From: Patescibacteria group bacterium | GTDB taxonomy: Bacteria; Patescibacteriota; Minisyncoccia; UBA6257; HR35 | Assembly: GCA_040290225.1 (NCBI GenBank) | Contig: PSMS01000002.1 | Span: 1-42,206 of the forward strand | Direction: 5' to 3' | DNA length: 42,206 bases | Part shown: positions 40,671 to 42,206 of the stretch, piece by piece | Layout of the letters: the number at the start of each line of letters is the position of its first letter | How positions within the stretch are numbered: position 1 is the stretch's first letter | Translations under genes and position numbers: made by a program | Notes under the pieces: model-generated | What the model saw: the letters and a program-made list of their open reading frames with translations, nothing else | The model's database searches: none | What the model was told of the DNA's origin: nothing

Positions 40671-41302
40671 TGTTCGAAACTTATTTGTCCCAATTTATTT
40701 ACTTTAATTTTATATAAAGTTTTTCCTTTTTCTTTAAAACAAACATAAATTTTATCAGTATTTATAGAAGTCCAATTTTCTCTTTGTTGGAAAATAAAAA
40801 ATAAATCAGTATAAGAATAAAAATACATAAAAATTAAAGGAGGTTGATAATCTGGTGAGCAATTTGTTGAAGTAGAAAAAACGATTTCAAATCCAGGTTT
40901 AAGATTAACATTTAAAGAAAGAGATGGGATAGTGCTTGTTACTAAATCACTATTTGAAAGAATATATGTTTTCCTCCTAAGATTATTATCAATAAAAGTA
41001 TTTATGGTTGTTGTATTGAGAAAAACTAATTCACATAAATTTGTTGAAGTTGAAAAAGCTAAAGCTTCAAATTGGGTACTTGTTGGAAAATAGATCCCAT
41101 AACCACAATAAAATTGATTATTTTTATTAATAATTTTTTGAGATAAATCTGAAGTAATATTTAAGGCAACTGAAAGATTTTTAGCTACATCTCTTAAATA
41201 AAAGAATTTTTTATTAAAAGCATCAAAAGAAAGCGTTACTCCTAAAATTAAAGAAATAACTAAAAGAACTACAGCTATTTCAAAAAAAGTAAAAGCTTTC
41301 AT
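40667..41302 (-). CDS. type IV pilin-like protein (FimU/GspH-position)
   Basis: MKA/FTFFEIAVVLLVISLILG has Glu at +5; 211 aa. Confidence 0.7.
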   Translation of the reverse strand: MKAFTFFEIAVVLLVISLILGVTLSFDAFNKKFFYLRDVAKNLSVALNITSDLSQKIINKNNQFYCGYGIYFPTSTQFEALAFSTSTNLCELVFLNTTTINTFIDNNLRRKTYILSNSDLVTSTIPSLSLNVNLKPGFEIVFSTSTNCSPDYQPPLIFMYFYSYTDLFFIFQQRENWTSINTDKIYVCFKEKGKTLYKIKVNKLGQISFEQ

Positions 41303-41379
41303 CTATAAAATAGATCGTAAATTTTAACCTTAAATTAAAACTACAAATCTTGTTAGTTTATTAACTAACATTAAATTGG

Positions 41380-42006
41380 TTATTCTCTAACACCAGCTCT
41401 ACAATCAGATTTAATATAAAAAGAGCATTTTTGGGGTTCAACACTCGCGCAATTACCAGCTACTTTTATTCTACCATTTTCTATTGGTTCATTCCAACAT
41501 TCATAGCAAAATCCTTGATAACAAAGATAGCGATAAACTTGGATTGATTTAGTTATACATCCTCCTCTACATAAGTTATTGTCATAACCAGCATCGTAAC
41601 AACTTTCAATTCTAACCTTTCCTGCGGTCTCAGGAACACAAAACATTGCTGATTTTTGTTCTCCTTCGCTAGTGGTAATATCTTCTCTTCCTTGCTCATT
41701 TCCATTTATCTTTAAAAAATACTTACCCCTAAAATTTCCTTGTAGCTTATTAACTCCATATTCAATAATAAATCCATATCCAACTATATAATCTCGTAGT
41801 TCAGTAGCTGTTGAGGTAGGATGTTTAATATCCGGTTTATTAACAATTAGACAATTATGAAGTTTAGGTCTACAGATATTATCATTCTCGAATGGTTCAC
41901 AGTGATTAGAGGCGATTGATTTTTCAAAACTTAAAATCAAAATTAAAATTAATAAAGTTAATTTTATTAATTTTGTTAATTTTATTTTTGTTCTAATGTT
42001 AGTCAT
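41380..42006 (-). CDS. hypothetical secreted cysteine-rich protein
   Basis: Signal-like N-terminus (LTLLILILILSFEKSIA/SNH). I count 13 Cys in about 175 mature residues. No family recognised. Confidence 0.6.
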   Translation of the reverse strand: MTNIRTKIKLTKLIKLTLLILILILSFEKSIASNHCEPFENDNICRPKLHNCLIVNKPDIKHPTSTATELRDYIVGYGFIIEYGVNKLQGNFRGKYFLKINGNEQGREDITTSEGEQKSAMFCVPETAGKVRIESCYDAGYDNNLCRGGCITKSIQVYRYLCYQGFCYECWNEPIENGRIKVAGNCASVEPQKCSFYIKSDCRAGVRE

Positions 42007-42012
42007 TTTTGA

Positions 42013-42018
42013 ATTATA
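42013..42018 (-). promoter_or_regulatory. putative -10 box TATAAT, 6 nt upstream of the ATG at 42006
   Basis: The minus strand reads ctttTTATAATtcaaaaATG. Confidence 0.4.
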
Positions 42019-42024
42019 AAAAGA

Positions 42025-42206
42025 TTATTGGGCAAGACAATAATATCTAGTATTAGGATTACAATCAAGAGTTACTGAACATTGCCATGGAGTTGAAGTA
42101 ACTGATGATTCATATAAACGTGGAGCTTGAGCGGGTGTTTGTTCTAATTGAGCTCTTAAAATGAAGTGATTGGCTGGATTATTAGGCATTGAAGGAGCTT
42201 GACCGC
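42025..42206 (-). CDS. 3' end of a hypothetical (probably secreted) protein; 5' end lies outside the window
   Basis: Open frame ...GQAPSMPNNPANHFILRAQLEQTPAQAPRLYESSVTSTPWQCSVTLDCNPNTRYYCLAQ*, with 3 Cys in the last 20 residues. Confidence 0.4.
   Translation of the reverse strand, partial: GQAPSMPNNPANHFILRAQLEQTPAQAPRLYESSVTSTPWQCSVTLDCNPNTRYYCLAQ

Noticed and set aside
41351-41370. Hairpin tgttagtt-tatt-aactaaca downstream of the Cys-rich gene, considered as a rho-independent terminator
   Set aside because: It has only 8 mostly A-T base pairs, and no uninterrupted U-tract follows on the transcribed strand. It is too weak to call and may be fortuitous in AT-rich DNA.

Overview
This is a very AT-rich (about 70% A+T by eye), roughly 95% coding, 42.2-kb fragment of a streamlined bacterial genome. 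I infer a Candidate Phyla Radiation / Patescibacteria (Parcubacteria-like) organism. The evidence is a GC-rich, divergent, orphan 16S gene, shortened housekeeping proteins (IF2 core only, AspRS without the GAD insertion), rplK not followed by rplA while L9 is present, and a secretin-less type IV pilus. The genetic code is standard (TGA is a stop). Left to right the window holds: flippase 3' end; tmk-rplK-nusG-secE-clpB; tRNA-Val(CAC); rplI; ctpA; recO; a 614-aa surface protein; glyQS; tRNA-Val(GAC); a CheY-like receiver; 16S rRNA; a membrane protein; aspS; thiI; gatA; a hypothetical; htrA; cysteine desulfurase; ftsA; rpsU; HIT; hisS; lepB; pth; a GalT-like HIT protein; infB; gatC; pilD-C-T-B-(91 aa)-O-N-M; comFC; rsmE; tpiA; ligA; a four-gene minor-pilin cluster; and cysteine-rich secreted proteins. 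The most unusual signal is the translation-initiation architecture. The 16S 3' tail lacks the CCUCC anti-SD core and no SD motifs precede genes. Operon-leading genes carry consensus -10 boxes (often TGnTATAAT) 6-9 nt upstream of the ATG, which predicts leaderless mRNAs. Internal genes are joined by ATGA/TAATG overlaps. Other notable points are a response-regulator CDS whose stop codon lies inside tRNA-Val, a 47-bp 16S processing helix, a pilin-like gene split by a +1 frame change, and head-to-head overlapping divergent genes. I found no CRISPR array, mobile element or recognisable defence system. Many ORF-track starts are TTG/GTG, and I moved several to the nearby ATG.
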